DNA of 64,000 nucleotides, taken from Eledone cirrhosa. Its lineage: Eukaryota. The stretch spans positions 321,222,001 to 321,286,000 of the forward strand of contig OZ024740.1 in NCBI GenBank assembly GCA_964016885.1. The letters run 5' to 3'. The notes beneath the pieces are model-generated. The model worked only from the letters and a program-made list of their open reading frames with translations. It did no database searches and was not told the DNA's origin. The position numbers were made by a program, and so were the translations under genes. This document shows positions 42,101 to 55,679 of the stretch, piece by piece (position 1 is the stretch's first letter; each line of letters starts with the position of its first letter).

Positions 42101-42580
42101 CTACCCGTTCGAGAGAGGCTCTACAGACACGGGCGCCCGGGCAGGGATCCCTTGAAAAAGATTTGCCCTAGATGCGTGCGTCACGAAGAAACCGTTGCGC
42201 ACGCATTGGTGCAATGTCCGGGCGTGGCTGATCTGTGGGGCTACGCCGAACGACTGCTGTCGGGTGGCGCCGATTCGATTGACCGCCGAGTCCGTGATGA
42301 CAATCAAACCGCCTCCCCTCTTCACAAAGAAAGCAAAGGCGGTTTTTCTGTGCGTAATAGCCATGTTGAAAGAGGTTGTTTGGTGGACACGATTGAAAGG
42401 TTTGAGGTCAGGCAACTTCCTCTCTGGCCATAGTCTGGTCTACTTCTTCCGATATCACTTCGGGAGAAGGATAAGAATGGAGAGAGAGAGGTGCTTGGCC
42501 ACAGCCAGTTTTATGAAAGGTGGGTGATAGTGGCGAGAATGGCTCGTGTAAATGGGCCTTCTCTGTATACCATCCTGTAG
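39146..42580 (+). pseudogene. Tx1 ORF2 (APE endonuclease-reverse transcriptase), stops and frameshifts
   Basis: ORF pieces 39146-39943, 40112-40357, 40391-41542, 41957-42527. Confidence 0.88.
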
Positions 42581-42867
42581 GTAAAGAAGTGAAGGAGAGG
42601 GGAGCACCTTCTCCATGTGCTCCCCGGGCAAAGGATTGCACACTTTTTCGGGGGTGTGTGCAACCCCCATCACGTCCCCTCCCTTTTGAGGTTGTTTTCG
42701 ATTATTTTCATTTTATACCCTTTTTACTCGATTGTATGTAAACTCCCCCTTTGTATTTGTCCCTTCTTTTTATGCCTTTATGGTAAATAAAGAAATATAT
42801 ATATCTATCTTTCTAAACTCCCCCTTGTATTTGTCCCCTTCTTTTGCGCCCTAGTGGCAATAAATAG

Positions 42868-42940
<73 letters not shown>

Positions 42941-42944
<4 letters not shown>

Positions 42945-45365
42945 GCGTGGAACATCGCCGGTAAGATTTTTTGTAAATTTATATACGAAAAACAGAACAA
43001 ATTGTTTGAAAAAACATATTATTTTGTAGATTAACCCCCAAGCTGAATTGTCGGGTGGGAGGTAATCCCATTGTTCGCCCCTTTAGAGGCGAACATTTAA
43101 TTTAACATGTTTTAAAATATCAAATTTTGCCAACTATCAAACATGAATAACACGGAAAAAACGCTGGAGAACGTCGACAGAGAAAAGAGAGAGAAAGAGG
43201 CAGATTTTAACGTTATATCTGCTTCTGCTACTATGGACGTCGCCATAGATACGACTGTCAACAAAGGGAAAAAATATTGCCACTTGAAGATTGTACAATT
43301 TCTACCGTCGAAGCGGAGAGAAATGAAAGCTCAGGAATTAAACCCATTAACATACATACACATGAAAAAGTCAACATCAACAACTCCACAGATAATCTAC
43401 ACATAAAGTTTCACCTCGTCAAGGAACTGAGATTTCCAACACCGAGGCTAACAACGATAACAACAACAACAACAGCAACACCACACAAAAAAAATTGTCT
43501 TTCGCTGAAACAGTGAACAAAAAACAAAATTTTATAAATCTTGATATCTCCAATGCAAGAGATATGCTCCAGCAAGGGAGAAAATTTGTAACGTTCGAAG
43601 AGAAGGATGGGTTTAGAATTAACTCACCCCTTGAAATAAAAGAAGACACAGTTCGAAGGACAGTGACCTTTAGGACTGTATCCAATACCACGAGAAAGCC
43701 GATATTTGTTAGTCAAACAGATATAGAAGCTACTTTCAAGGAAATTCTAGCAAATATCGATTTTCTCCAGCGAGGAAAACAGTACGGAAGTGTTTCCGTA
43801 CTGTTTAAAAGCGAGGCACTCGCCCCAAAACATTCTGTGACACCAATAGTGTCAAAAGCATTCACCTTTTTCCCTATATACATGGGAAAAAGAACACAAA
43901 AATAAAAATAAAAAATATACCCCCAAACATTAACATCTGGTGGATCTTGGCTGGCTTCTTAGAGCCAGAAACTGATATGATTCTTTCGATACGAAAGTCT
44001 ATTCGACAAAGGTGGGCGGGTACTGATTTGGAGATTCTGTTGCAAATGAGGCCGGAGAGAATCTCCAAAATACCCGAAAGAGTCGTCATCGACGCCAACA
44101 ACAAAACAATCATTTCGGTAGAAGGACGAAAAATTCATTGCTTTCGCTGTGGTAGCACAGCACACCTAAAAGCCTCTTGTCCACAAACACACCACAACAA
44201 CATCATTAAAAAAACACTATTACCAACACCAACACCAAAACAACCACCACCACCACAAGTACAACGACAGACAAAACGAGCAAACACACCAAAACAAACA
44301 GCCACTCAACCAACAACAACAGAAAAAACAGAGACAACACCCTTGAAGAACACAGCCCCACCCCATCCCACTCCATCAAACACTACCACAAACACACACA
44401 CCGAAACACCACCACCACACAACATACCCCTACCCCACACTCCTGACGATGATTATTCATCGACGGATGAAACTGCTTCTCCTTCTTTAAGTGAAGAAGA
44501 GGGAGCGCCGCGGAAATCTAAAAACAAAAAAAGAGACACCACAAAACCCCAAAAATTCCAATCACCAACACCAACACACAACCACAGACACAAACAACAA
44601 CACAAACAACACCACAGTCAAACATCCCCCTACCAGCAAAACCAACACCAACACCACCCCAAACACAAGCACCCACCATAAAAAGAAAACTCCCGGACGA
44701 ACAACAAACTAAAACAACACAACAAAAACACAAACAACAATACGCATACATCAACACAAACAAGAGTTTGATGGAGGTCATCTCCCCAAACCCCAAGGTG
44801 GAGTCGGAGGGCAAAACTTTCGTCAAAGCAGAATCGTCTCCACACCTTAAACTTATAAGGGGTTCTATGGAAACCTATAAATTTTTTCACAGGACGTGGG
44901 AAACCCCTGCCAGAAACCCATCAACCGCGTCCTGTTAAAATGTTTCCCCACCCCATCCAACACCCCATCCAGCACCCAAATGGAGATTGAACAACCCGAT
45001 CTCCAGGAAACGAAAAGGTAAGTGCACCTTTCGTCCTTTTTCTTCAACTCTTCTTCACCAACATAGCTAGTTTACGAGTTGGAACCGTGAATGTGCGTGG
45101 CCTAGGGATGCCCTGGAAACAGGGCCAACTTTTAAACGACGTTAGATCACACAGTATGGATGTGATAGCCATCACCGAGTCCAGGATCCACAACAGGCAG
45201 CAACTAACCACCATCTTCGACAACTTTGAGATCTACGCACCTCTCTGTCAGCCAGGAGGTGGGGGGGGGGGGGGGGCTGGCTGTCATGTTTTGGAAGAAC
45301 CTGGATGTCGAAGTACGACAAGTACACTTGGACCCGTAGGGTAGACTGGTAGTCCTAGACGACAC
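42941..45365 (+). mobile_element. Second Tx1 element, 5' part (ORF1 + APE start), directly after (TC)n
   Basis: RRTVTFRT, YMGKRTQ, CFRCGSTAHLKASC, VNVRGLGMPWKQ; 5' UTR similar to first copy. Confidence 0.88.
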
Positions 45366-47528
45366 TGCTTTTGATGTAACAGTACATCACATTTAAAGGC
45401 CCGCTTCCCTTTACAGACAAACTTAAAAAAACAATCCAAAAAACACTCTTACCAACACCAACACCAAAACCACCCCCACCACCCCCACCACCACAACAAC
45501 AACAACACCGCACAAAACAAGCAAACACACCAAAAGAAACAACCATTCAACCAACAACAACAGAAAAATCACAGACAACTCCCCTGAAGAACACAGTCCC
45601 ACCCCATCCCGCTCCATCCACAAACACGCACACAAAAACACCATCATTACACAACATACCCCTACCACACGCTCCTGATTACGATTCATCGTCAGACGAG
45701 GCTACTTCTCCACCACCAAGCGAAGATGGAGGAGAGCTTCGGTAATCAAAAAATCAAAAAAAGAGACACCGCAAAGCCACAAAACCACCAATCACCAACA
45801 CGAACACACAACCACCAACACAAACAACAACAAAAACACCACCACAATCAACCCCCCTCCCTACCAGCAAAACAAACACCAACATCACCCCAAACACAAA
45901 TGCCCACCATAAAAAGAAAACTACAAAATGAACAACAAACCAAAACAACACAATAAAGACACAAACAACAATACACATACATTAACACAAACAACAATAC
46001 ACATACATTAACACAAACAACAAAAACCTAATGGAGGTAATCTTGCAAGACCCCAAAGTAGAAACTGAGGGGAACACTTTTGTCAAGGCAGACTCTCAAC
46101 CACACCTAAAACTGATAAGGGTTTGGATAGAAACCTACCAGAAATTAAAAGAACAATTTTCGCAGGGCGTTGGCAAACCCTGTCAAAAACCCATTAACCG
46201 TGTCCTAGTAAAATGTTTCCCCACCCCATCCAACACCCCATCCAGCACCCAAATGGAGATTGAACAACCCGATCTCCAGGAAACGAAAAGGTAAGTGCAT
46301 CTTTTCGTCCTTTTTCGCCAACTCTTCTCCACCAACATGGCTAATTTACGAGTTGGAAGTGTGAATGTGCGTGGCCTAGGGATGCCCTGGAAACAGGGCC
46401 AACTTTTAGGTCACGCGGTATGGATGTGATAGCCATCACCGAGTCCAGGATCTACAACAGGCAGTAATTAACCCCCATCTTCAATGACTTTGAGATCTAC
46501 GCATCTCTCTGTCAGCCAGGAGGTGGAGCGGGAGTGTCTGTCATGTTTCGGAAAAACATGGACGTCGAAATACAGCAAGTACACTTGGACCCGGAGAGTA
46601 GACTGGTAGTCATAGACGCGAACAGTGTTGGAGGTGGAGCCTTCAGACTGGTGGCCGTTTATGCCGCGACTGGGCAATCGCGGCCAGACTTCTTTAAGCG
46701 TCTAGAGTCTTTTCTGGGAACGTCTCGCTCCTTGCTTTTAGTGGAGGGCTGGAATGGTATCCTAGACGCACGATGGGACTATGTAGGAGCATGTCCCAGT
46801 AGAGAGGGGTGCAACAGCCTCAAAAATTTAATCGGCCAATTCCAACTGGCCGATAGGTATCAACTAGATTTCCCGATTGCACCACAGTGGACGTGGACAA
46901 ACCTTAGCGGAGCATCTAAATCGTATTTAGATAGGTTCTTTATTAGAAAGACAAGAAGGTGTTAAGCTGTCCACAAATTTACATGGTTGCCTATTCAGAC
47001 CACAAACTAGTCATCTGCATAGTCAACCATCATAGAATACATAGACAAGGACCCGGATACTGGAAGCTGAACATGCCGTTACCGACACGTAAATCCTACA
47101 GTGAACGGATAAGTAGATTAGTTAAGCAACAGTTGACGGTAACCACCGTCAACAATAGATGGTGGTACTCTCTCAAGAGAGCAATTAGAGTAGAGTCGAT
47201 ATTTTTAGCAAAGAACTAGCCTTAGAGAAAAACAAAACAGAAATAGAACTAGTAGCCAAGGCAGAGGAGGCGCTTAAGAGTGCAACGCAGCTAGAGTGCT
47301 AGCAACGAGAACGGCACTGGACCAGTTCTTCGATGCGAAACACGAAGGCTGCGTGGTCAGAAGTAAATCACGTGCTCTAGGAAACGAGGGAGCAAAAGCT
47401 GTTAGCTGGGCCCGAGTGGCAGAGGCGAAAAGTGGCAACAAGTCCATGATTCAGTCTTTGAAAGACCAAAACGGACGCGTGCTACTTGACTCCAAGCGGG
47501 TGTGCGCGGCCTTTCAGCGGCACTTTGC
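45366..47528 (+). mobile_element. Third Tx1 copy from ORF1 knuckle to the region after APE
   Basis: Restarts at a degenerate knuckle, repeats ORF1 C-terminus KPINRVLVKCFPTP and APE, ends at AFQRHFA. Confidence 0.85.
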
Positions 47529-47633
47529 ATCAAAACTACATCCGCATTTCAAATCTGATTAAAAGATTTAGTAAATTAAAATCTCAAAAGAAAAACATTT
47601 TAGTGGCTAATTAACTGTAATAACTAAATCCTC

Positions 47634-47676
<43 letters not shown>

Positions 47677-48409
47677 TGTGTGTGTGCGCATGTATGTGTG
47701 TATGTATGTATATTGTAATTGTTTTGTACTAAACTTTTAAAATCAATTATTACCCTCAATTTCATACAAAATCATAATCGCAAAGTCTTTCACGAATGAA
47801 CAAAAACAATTATTTTTTCTCCTATTTTATATTTTTTTTGTAAATTTTGACTCCAGGCCAGCAACTTGAAGGAAACGGAAAGATTAAATCGACACCAGTA
47901 CTTCACTGGTACTTTATTTTACCGACCACGTAAAAGCGAAAGGCAATGCTAACATCGGCGGGATTTGAACTCAGAACGTAAAGATCCGTAGCTACATGCC
48001 GCAAAGCATGTTGTCCGACGCCTTACCGATACTGCCAACCCCCGCCCATCCATTTCATAAAAATAATAATAAAAGGGATGTAATTCTATGTCGCAAAGCA
48101 TGTTGTCCGACGCTCTACCGATACTGTCAATGTGCTCATCTGTTATTTCATCTGTTATTTCATAATAATAATAATGGTTTATCATTTAGGCACAAGGCAA
48201 GCAATTTGGGAGGAGGGGGAAAGTCGATTAAATCAACCCCAGTGCATTACTGGTACTTTATTTTATCCACCTCGTAAGGATGAAAAGCAATCTAACTTCG
48301 GCCGGATTTGAACTCAGAACCTAACGGGATGTAACTCTATGTCGCAAAGCATGCTGTCCAACGTTCTTCAGATACTGCTAATGGACCGTGTTTCTCATAT
48401 TTCATAATA

Positions 48410-50745
48410 ATGGTTTCATTTATTGGCCACAAGGGCCGACATATAGGGGACAATACAATAGACGGAGACAGTGGAGGTTTACATATAAAACGTGTAAAAG
48501 AAATATAAATAATTGTTTCTACTTTTGGCACAAGGCCAGCAATTACACAGTGCATTACTGGTACTTTAACAAGAAAACTACAACAATGAGAATTCCCCAA
48601 TAGGGGGGGGGGGGTAACCACCTAGGGTTGACTCAGGTACCCCACCAATCCTGAACCACCCGACTCTTCAAGGACATCCGGGAAGATACCCCTCTCCTCC
48701 TCAAATTAATCTGCCTACAGGCGCATGATCAGAGTAGGTCCGCTCACACGGGCCATTCTCGCCTCATTCACCCACCTTTTAGCAAATGTACTAGGAGGCA
48801 GCACTTCTCTCTCCACCCTCACCTTCCTTTCCAAGTGAAATTTGAAAAAGTTGTTGAGGGATTGGCCGAAGAGAAAAGTCTCTGTCTTCAGTCCTTTCAA
48901 CCTGGTCCACCATACAACCTCTTTCGCTACTGCCACTAGAGGAAAATTGCCTGCTCTTCCTGTCCAAAAGAAGGTGATAGGCTTGGCCGATAGCCGGATC
49001 CCTTCTACACGCGGCAAGAGCTGTTCGACATAACTCCACAAGTCGGTAATGCACTGACACAGGACGAGTGCGTGCAGAACGGTTTCGTCGCTCTGCGCGC
49101 ATCTCGGGCAGGTGCGTCTGACAGCACTTCTGTGACTGCAGAATTTATCTCGAACTGGCAGTGCCCCCTCCCCCCTTCGCAGCACTGCCAAGCCCCATCC
49201 ATCGTCCCCAATTCGAAAGTCCTCAGGAACAGACTGGTCAGTTCGACTTCGTCGACTCTCAGAACCTCTCCGAATGCGTCGTCGCACTTGCCTACCACTA
49301 ATCCTCTATAGAACTCAAGAGTGGAAGTACCACTGACCGCATTGGTCACCTGGCAACATGCCAGATGCCAGTCACCCAGTCTCGGTCTTGTCTTGACCCA
49401 GAACTGCAGCTCAGTCAAAGAGACGAGAGCAGAAAGCGACCACAAACGGCGACCACACCTGTTCACCGTTTAGGCAGAATATCTGGAGATGCAGCAGCCT
49501 CAGCGCATGTCTGCGCATCAATAGCCCCGATATTCCCATCCCTCAGCGTAGAGGGTGCTGGCAGCAGATGGACCGCCTCACCAACGGAACCCGTCCCCTT
49601 CACAAGAATTTGAAGAGAAGCCGTTCCAACTTGGCGAGGCGCGGACGGGGGAAAGGCACGACGGTCAGGCGGTAGTAGATGACGGACGCGATGTACGCAT
49701 TCGTCATCTCCGCCCGACCTTTCAGTGATAGCTTCCTCGCAGCCCATTTCTGGGTGAGACTGGCTACCCTTCCCGTCACCTCGTCCCAATTCGTATCCAC
49801 CTGGAGGTCTGGTCCGAACCAAACCCCGAGCAACTTTACCGGTCCGTCCGTCCAGTTCCTAACGGTGCTGTTGGACGGCATGGACTTACCTCTCCAGGTG
49901 CCGAGCTGCAGTCCCACCGACTTTTCTGGGTTAAGTTTCGCTCCTATCAACCTTTCATATTCCTCCAATAAGTTGCCGACCGCCTCGATTTCCGAGGTGT
50001 CCGACACCATCACAGCGATATCATCCGCATAAACCGACACAGCCTTTCCACGTCCCGGTTCAAGCGGGATGCCCTGCAACAGCTCCAGCTTCTGCAGTAA
50101 AGGCTCGAGAGTCAATACGTACAGAAAGAAGGAGAGAAGACACCTTTGACGGACCGATCGGGAGATCTGAAACGATTCCGAGATTTTAACCGCCGAGCAG
50201 ATGCCGCTGTGCATTGCAGCGACCCAGCTTCTGAAAATGGGGCCGAAGCCAGCTGCCTTGAAGACAGCCACCAGGTACCGATGGTCGACCCTATCGAATG
50301 CTTTCGATTGATCTAAATCGATCAGAGCCCCACCGAAGCCAGGTTTACGCCTTACCCTCACTATGATGTATTGCATGAGGTGGAGGTTGTCGTGTATAGA
50401 CCTGGTCGGGATTGCGCAGGTTTGCGCCTCCCCAACCAAATCCTCGACGACAAACGCCAACCTCTTCGCTAACACCATGGCAAAATCTTAAACTCTGTGT
50501 TGAGCAGAGTTTTGGGCCTGAAGTTATCTAATGTGGCCCGCTTGCTCTCGTCTTTCCTTATCAGCGTCACTACGCCCCGGCTCACAGAACTGGGAATACT
50601 CCCGTTCAGTTGCCAGTTGCAGTAGAGTGCTTCAAGGACATCGGAGAACAAGTCTGGCATATTTACGTAAAGCTCGTAGTGCAGACCATCCAAACCGAGT
50701 GACTTGCGCCTCGTGAAGCCGACAAGGGCACCCTGAATTTCGGCT
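48410..50745 (-). mobile_element. 5'-truncated Tx1 element (RT to 3' UTR)
   Basis: DQSKAFDRVDH, YADD, GVWFGPDLQV, CPRC..ETVLHALVLC; 3' tail next to (TAA)n and interrupted by a SINE fragment. Confidence 0.9.
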
Positions 50746-51084
50746 GAAGCATAACATTAAGCATAACATAACAGGACGGTACAAATGGGCGTTTCTGCGC
50801 GTAAAAAAAGAAGGATGTAACAAAAAAATGAAACAAAGAAAAATTCCCGTGGTATTAATTCAAAATAAGCATTGGTATCAATATAATCGACTAAAACTCC
50901 TTTGAGGGCAGTGCCCAAGCATGGCCGTAGTCAAATAACTGCAACATGTGCGGAGACATCGGAGAGAAACTGAGATATTAGTGATTTTTAACATAATCCC
51001 GAGGTCACATATGTTAGAGGATGTGTATAACAGATGTTACCACACCAGTACTTAACGATCCTGTAAAGATGAAAGACAAACTCG

Positions 51085-51300
51085 CACTGCTGATTTCCTC
51101 TGTAAAGTCGGAAAGACGGTGGCTTGCTTTAGAAGGTGGGGTGGGGTGGCTGTTGCAGCGTGTGTCTCTGGCCATTCTCCGCGATAACGCTTTTGCTGTT
51201 TAGTTCCCGGGGCGCGGCTAAGGCACCGCTCAGACTGGAGTATAGGGATTGCCCCTCCCTCTCTCCCTTTCTTTCGCCACTTAATACTATTTTCTTTTTC
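51085..51300 (+). mobile_element. CRE-like 3' end fragment
   Basis: WLLQRVSLAILRDNA resembles the QRxSxAIxRGNA C-terminal motif. Confidence 0.55.
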
Positions 51301-51499
51301 TGCTTTTCATTTTCTTCTATCTTCTTTCTTTTCTGTTCCCTTTAGTAGTGTGTTTTGTTTTTATTAGATATTGCTCAATTATTTTGGCCTTTCATATTAA
51401 GAGATTTGGTGCATTGAATAAATTATTTATTTTAAAAAAAAAAAAAATTAAACTCGGCAAGGCAATGTTTTGATAATCTATTAATAACACAGATTATTT

Positions 51500-51800
51500 A
51501 AACCATTGGTATACCCTATTTATATAATTCAGCAAAATGCTACATTAATATGTTATACTCCGACATACAAAAGTGGCAGCATCTGGAACAATTAATATAA
51601 AGGTAAACATGTTCTAAATTGAAACAATCGATCTTATTATTGTTCATAATATCATCCTTTAGACTCCAGATATATTTGGAAAGTGAAGTAGTAGACCGTC
51701 TTTCTAAGTGCCTGAATGTATACATATGTTGCGAGAATCCTTTGTAAAAATACATCCAGTAATGTTTATATAGAGAATTTATTTATTGTCACGTTGCTAA
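51500..51800 (-). mobile_element. Penelope GIY-YIG C-terminal fragment
   Basis: FSQHMYTFRHLERRSTTSLSKYIWSLKD..CHFCMSE; part also present at 56620-56660 (+). Confidence 0.75.
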
Positions 51801-51994
51801 CGTTCTTCGCTTATTAAACAATCCGGTACATGAAGCTTATCATTCAAGAAACTTCGGGTGAGTATGTGTGTGTGTCTGTTTGGTGGTGGTGGTGGTTGTG
51901 GTGGTGGTGGTGTATGTGTGTGTATGTGTGTGTGTTACATAGACGCAAAAAGCATCTGATTGTTCCGATATATATATACGTGCATATATATATG

Positions 51995-52089
<95 letters not shown>

Positions 52090-52489
52090 AAAAAGTAAAT
52101 GGAAACAACAAAGCAAACAACACTACAATGAAGAAATATATTAATTTAACGCTTGATATAGTAGGAATAGATTCTTTACGTTTCGAACACTAACTATCGA
52201 ATTATTAACGTCTTTACTTAGTGAGAGATTGAAGATTTCCTAAAGAACAAAAATAAAGGGAGTTTACTTGTTATTCTCATATTCTTTTACTGGTTCCAGT
52301 CATTAGACTGCAGCTATGTTGGGGTACCACCTTCAGCTTATAGGTCAATAGGTTAATAATTACTCATTAATAGGTTAGTAATGATTAGTTAGTAGTAAGT
52401 TAATAATCACTTGTAAATAGCTTAATAATTCATAGTTAAACCGTTAATAATTAGATTTAACTATGAATTATTAAGCAGTTTGTGAAGGC

Positions 52490-53236
52490 TCTCAGCCGCT
52501 TTTAAGTACCTTCTTGAGTTCTTCCCCAAGTTATCTGAGGCCAAAATCAAAGGTGTAATTTTTGTTGGACCTCAGATAAAGAAGGTGTTTGAGTCTACTG
52601 AGTTCTCCAATAAGCTCAATAGAACAGTATGGAACTGTTTCAAGGCAGTTGTTAAGGGCTTCCTGGGCAACTACAGAGCTGAAAACTACCAGCAACTGGT
52701 GCAGGATCTGATAAAGGCTTTTGGCGCCATGGGATGCAGGATGTCGCTTAAACTCCATATGCTGGACGCTCACCTGAAAAAATTCAAGGACAATATGGGC
52801 GCCTACTCAGAAGAACAAGGCGAACGATTCCACCAAGATGTGAAAGAGATAGAGCGGAGGTACCAGGGCCACTACAATGGAAAAATTATGGGGGACTATA
52901 TCTGGGGGCTAGTGCGGGAATGCGACCTGGACTACAACCGCAAATCCAGGAAATCCAGTCATTTCTGACGTGTATAAGTTACTTTATAAGTGTTATTTGT
53001 TTTTGGTAAGCTTGTGTAATAAAATAAATATATACTCTGTTGATTTAATTATATGAACTGATAAATTTTAAAAAAACTGTGTTTTTTCTTGAAAAATATG
53101 AAAATTTCGAAATATCAAACTCCCGACCAGAAACCCAAACTTCTGATTAAATAATAGTATTTTTTTTATAATAATGGGATATAACAAACCAGTAAATGAT
53201 ACTTAGAACCGGGAAAAAAAAATATGTTACACGGTG
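52490..53236 (+). mobile_element. Chapaev3 transposase 3' fragment with right terminus
   Basis: IFVGPQIKK, GCRMSLKLHMLDAHL..SEEQGERFHQDV..ERRYQG..MGDYIW; ends GTG|TAA. Confidence 0.85.
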
Positions 53237-53433
53237 TAATCATAGTATTTACAGTTCTCTACAATACAAACATCTATTAGCTGGTATTTCGTATGGTTGT
53301 GTTTGCCAGGAGTAAACGCAACATGGCCGACAGGTTAAGAAGTTCGGTTTGGAATTAAAATGACCCAAGAGGGAAAGGGGGGAGAGAGTGGGGTGTGGTG
53401 GGGAGAAAGATATATATATATATATCATCATTA

Positions 53434-53720
53434 TCTATAAAAGGCAGATTGTTGTGTGTGTGTGTGCATGTTCCATGTTTATACATTTGCATAATTTCAA
53501 ACCGATTCGACTCAAAGTCTGTAAGGATGTTGTAAATGGTCTAATTTAAGTCAACGACTATTTATTTATTTCAAACTCACCCACAATTATGGAAATAATC
53601 GATAAAACTAAATACATTACGCTTTACCCCTCTCTCTACTCCTCTTAAAATTCGATAAAACTACATACATGCTGCAACTTTCTCTTATATACGCTTAAAC
53701 TTACAAACTTCCTTTAGGAA
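53434..53720 (+). mobile_element. Possible Helitron-like non-autonomous 5' end
   Basis: A|TCTATAAAA, (GT)n, aaccgatt motif. Confidence 0.4.
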
Positions 53721-53733
53721 CGCCGAAGAAAGA

Positions 53734-53816
<83 letters not shown>

Positions 53817-53989
53817 TTTGTTTTTGAGTGTGGAACGGTCAAACATTTATTTACTTCAATGACAACAATTATTCAAAAGCAACAGATAAATTTATTCAGC
53901 AACAAAAAAAATAGCGATAAATCTTTTTTAAAACATCTCTCAACGAACGTGGAAGAAAGAAGTATCAGTTTAATTACTATACACAATAA

Positions 53990-54175
53990 TATCCTCTATG
54001 AGGTCACTAACCCTGCTAGAAACACCAGCTAACTCTCCCCCATATCACACCCCTCCCTACTGTCTTAAATTTAGAAAACACATATCCTCTATGAGGTCAC
54101 TAAACCTGCTAGAAACAGCAGCTAACTTTCCCCCATATCACACCCCTCCCTACCGTCTTAAATTTAGAAAACACA
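53990..54175. repeat. 93-bp tandem duplication
   Basis: tatcctctatgaggtcactaa...cttaaatttagaaaacaca occurs twice. Confidence 0.9.
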
Positions 54176-54419
54176 CATTAGACAACCATGCAGAACAACT
54201 CCATCGCAGCTCTATTGTTCGGCTGGCATCGTCTACGCGCGTGTTGCGCAAGTACTGTGAAACAATAAATGTCAACACTTCTTTGCACAGAGATAATATC
54301 TATAGGCGAAACTACAATTGTCACTGCTGGCGCAGCTCCTGCTTCGGCAGTCCAGGTCTACAATTCATTCACCCAGTGCCTGGCCGACAAAAAAGTGCTG
54401 CCATAAAATTCCCGAGCTG

Positions 54420-55564
54420 TGTCTATTATTAGGTACAGTGCGGGAATTCTGAGATGGAATATTGCTGAACAAAAAGAAATGGATAGGAAGACTAGGAAGC
54501 TATTGACTATCTACAACATGTTCCACAAGAGGAGATCTGAAGGTGGAAGAGGTCTTATCAGCATAGAAGATTGTGTTCAAATGGAGAAAAACAACCTACA
54601 CAAATACGTGACTGATAGTAGGGAGCCAATGCTCAGAATTGTACTGAAGGAGAGGACAATAGACCAGGGGATGTCCAAGGAGGAAATAACAACAAGAAGA
54701 AAGAGCAACCTTCATGAAAAATCCCTTCATAATACCTTCTTTGAGAAAACTGAATTTAGAGATCCACAGACATGGAACTGGTTGAAAAGAGGAGACCTTT
54801 AAAAGGCTACAGAAGAATGCTAATGGCTGCGCAAGAGCAGGCCCTCAAAACGAAGTGGCTGAAACACCATATTTACAAGGAGGAGGCTAGCCCACTGTGT
54901 AGGATCTGTGGAGAGAGGAGACTGTGGCTCTCATTGTATCCGAGTGTAAACACCTAGCCCAGACTCACTATAAAGGCTGGAGACATGATGTGATGGGCAG
55001 GGTGATCCACTGGCACCTATGCAAAGTAAACAATTTACCACATTCTGAAAAGTGGTATAAGCATAAGCCAGAGTCGGTGATGGAAAACGATCAGGTGAAG
55101 GTGCTGTGGGATTTTAGGATACAGATGGACAAGAAACTGGAACACAATAGACCTGACCTGGTGGTTTTGCACAAGGGAAAAAGATCGTGCCTGATTGTGG
55201 ATGTGGCCTGCCCATTCGACACGAGAGTGAAAGAGAAGGAGAGGGAGAAAATTAACCGATACCAGGACTTAAAGTGGGAGGTAAAAAGGATTTGGAACTG
55301 CCATGAGGTCAAAGTGGTCCCGATTGTCATAGGCGCACTAGGTACTATCTCAAAGAGTTTCCAAGGATGGTTAAAGAAAATTGGTCCCGCCCCGCTTTTT
55401 GGAACACTTCAAAAGGCATGCTTGCTGGGAACAGCAAGAACCCTCCGATACGTCCTGAATATCTGAGGCTGCAGGTAGTGGCTTGATATTCATTTCAACA
55501 AACTTTCCAGTTAAATAACATCAATGACTGAGACTCAAAAAATAATAATAATAATAATAATAAT
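54420..55564 (+). mobile_element. Dong-like (R4 clade) 3' portion with (TAA)n tail
   Basis: RSEGGRGL, AAQEQAL, CRIC, RHD, VLWDF..HNRPDLVV..IVDVACP..KINRYQDL..VPIVIGALG; ends in (AAT)n. Confidence 0.92.
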
Positions 55565-55679
55565 TGTTTCTACTTTAGGCACAAGGCCAGCAATTATCCA
55601 GTTCATTACTGCTACTTTATTTTATCGACCCCCATTAGGATGAAAGGCAAAGTCAATAATAATAATAATGATAATAATG

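Larger units (their letters stand above)
36966..42797 (+). mobile_element. Full-length Tx1/L1-clade LINE (ORF1 + ORF2), inactivated
   Basis: ORF1 with CCHC knuckle CHICAGRGHLKAAC; ORF2 APE (LNARGL, GDWN, SYLDR, TDH), RT (DQSKAFDRVDH, QGCPLS, YADD), CPRC..ETVAHALVQC; candidate 20-bp TSD tatatatctatctttctaaa at 36946-36965 and 42798-42817. Confidence 0.93.
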
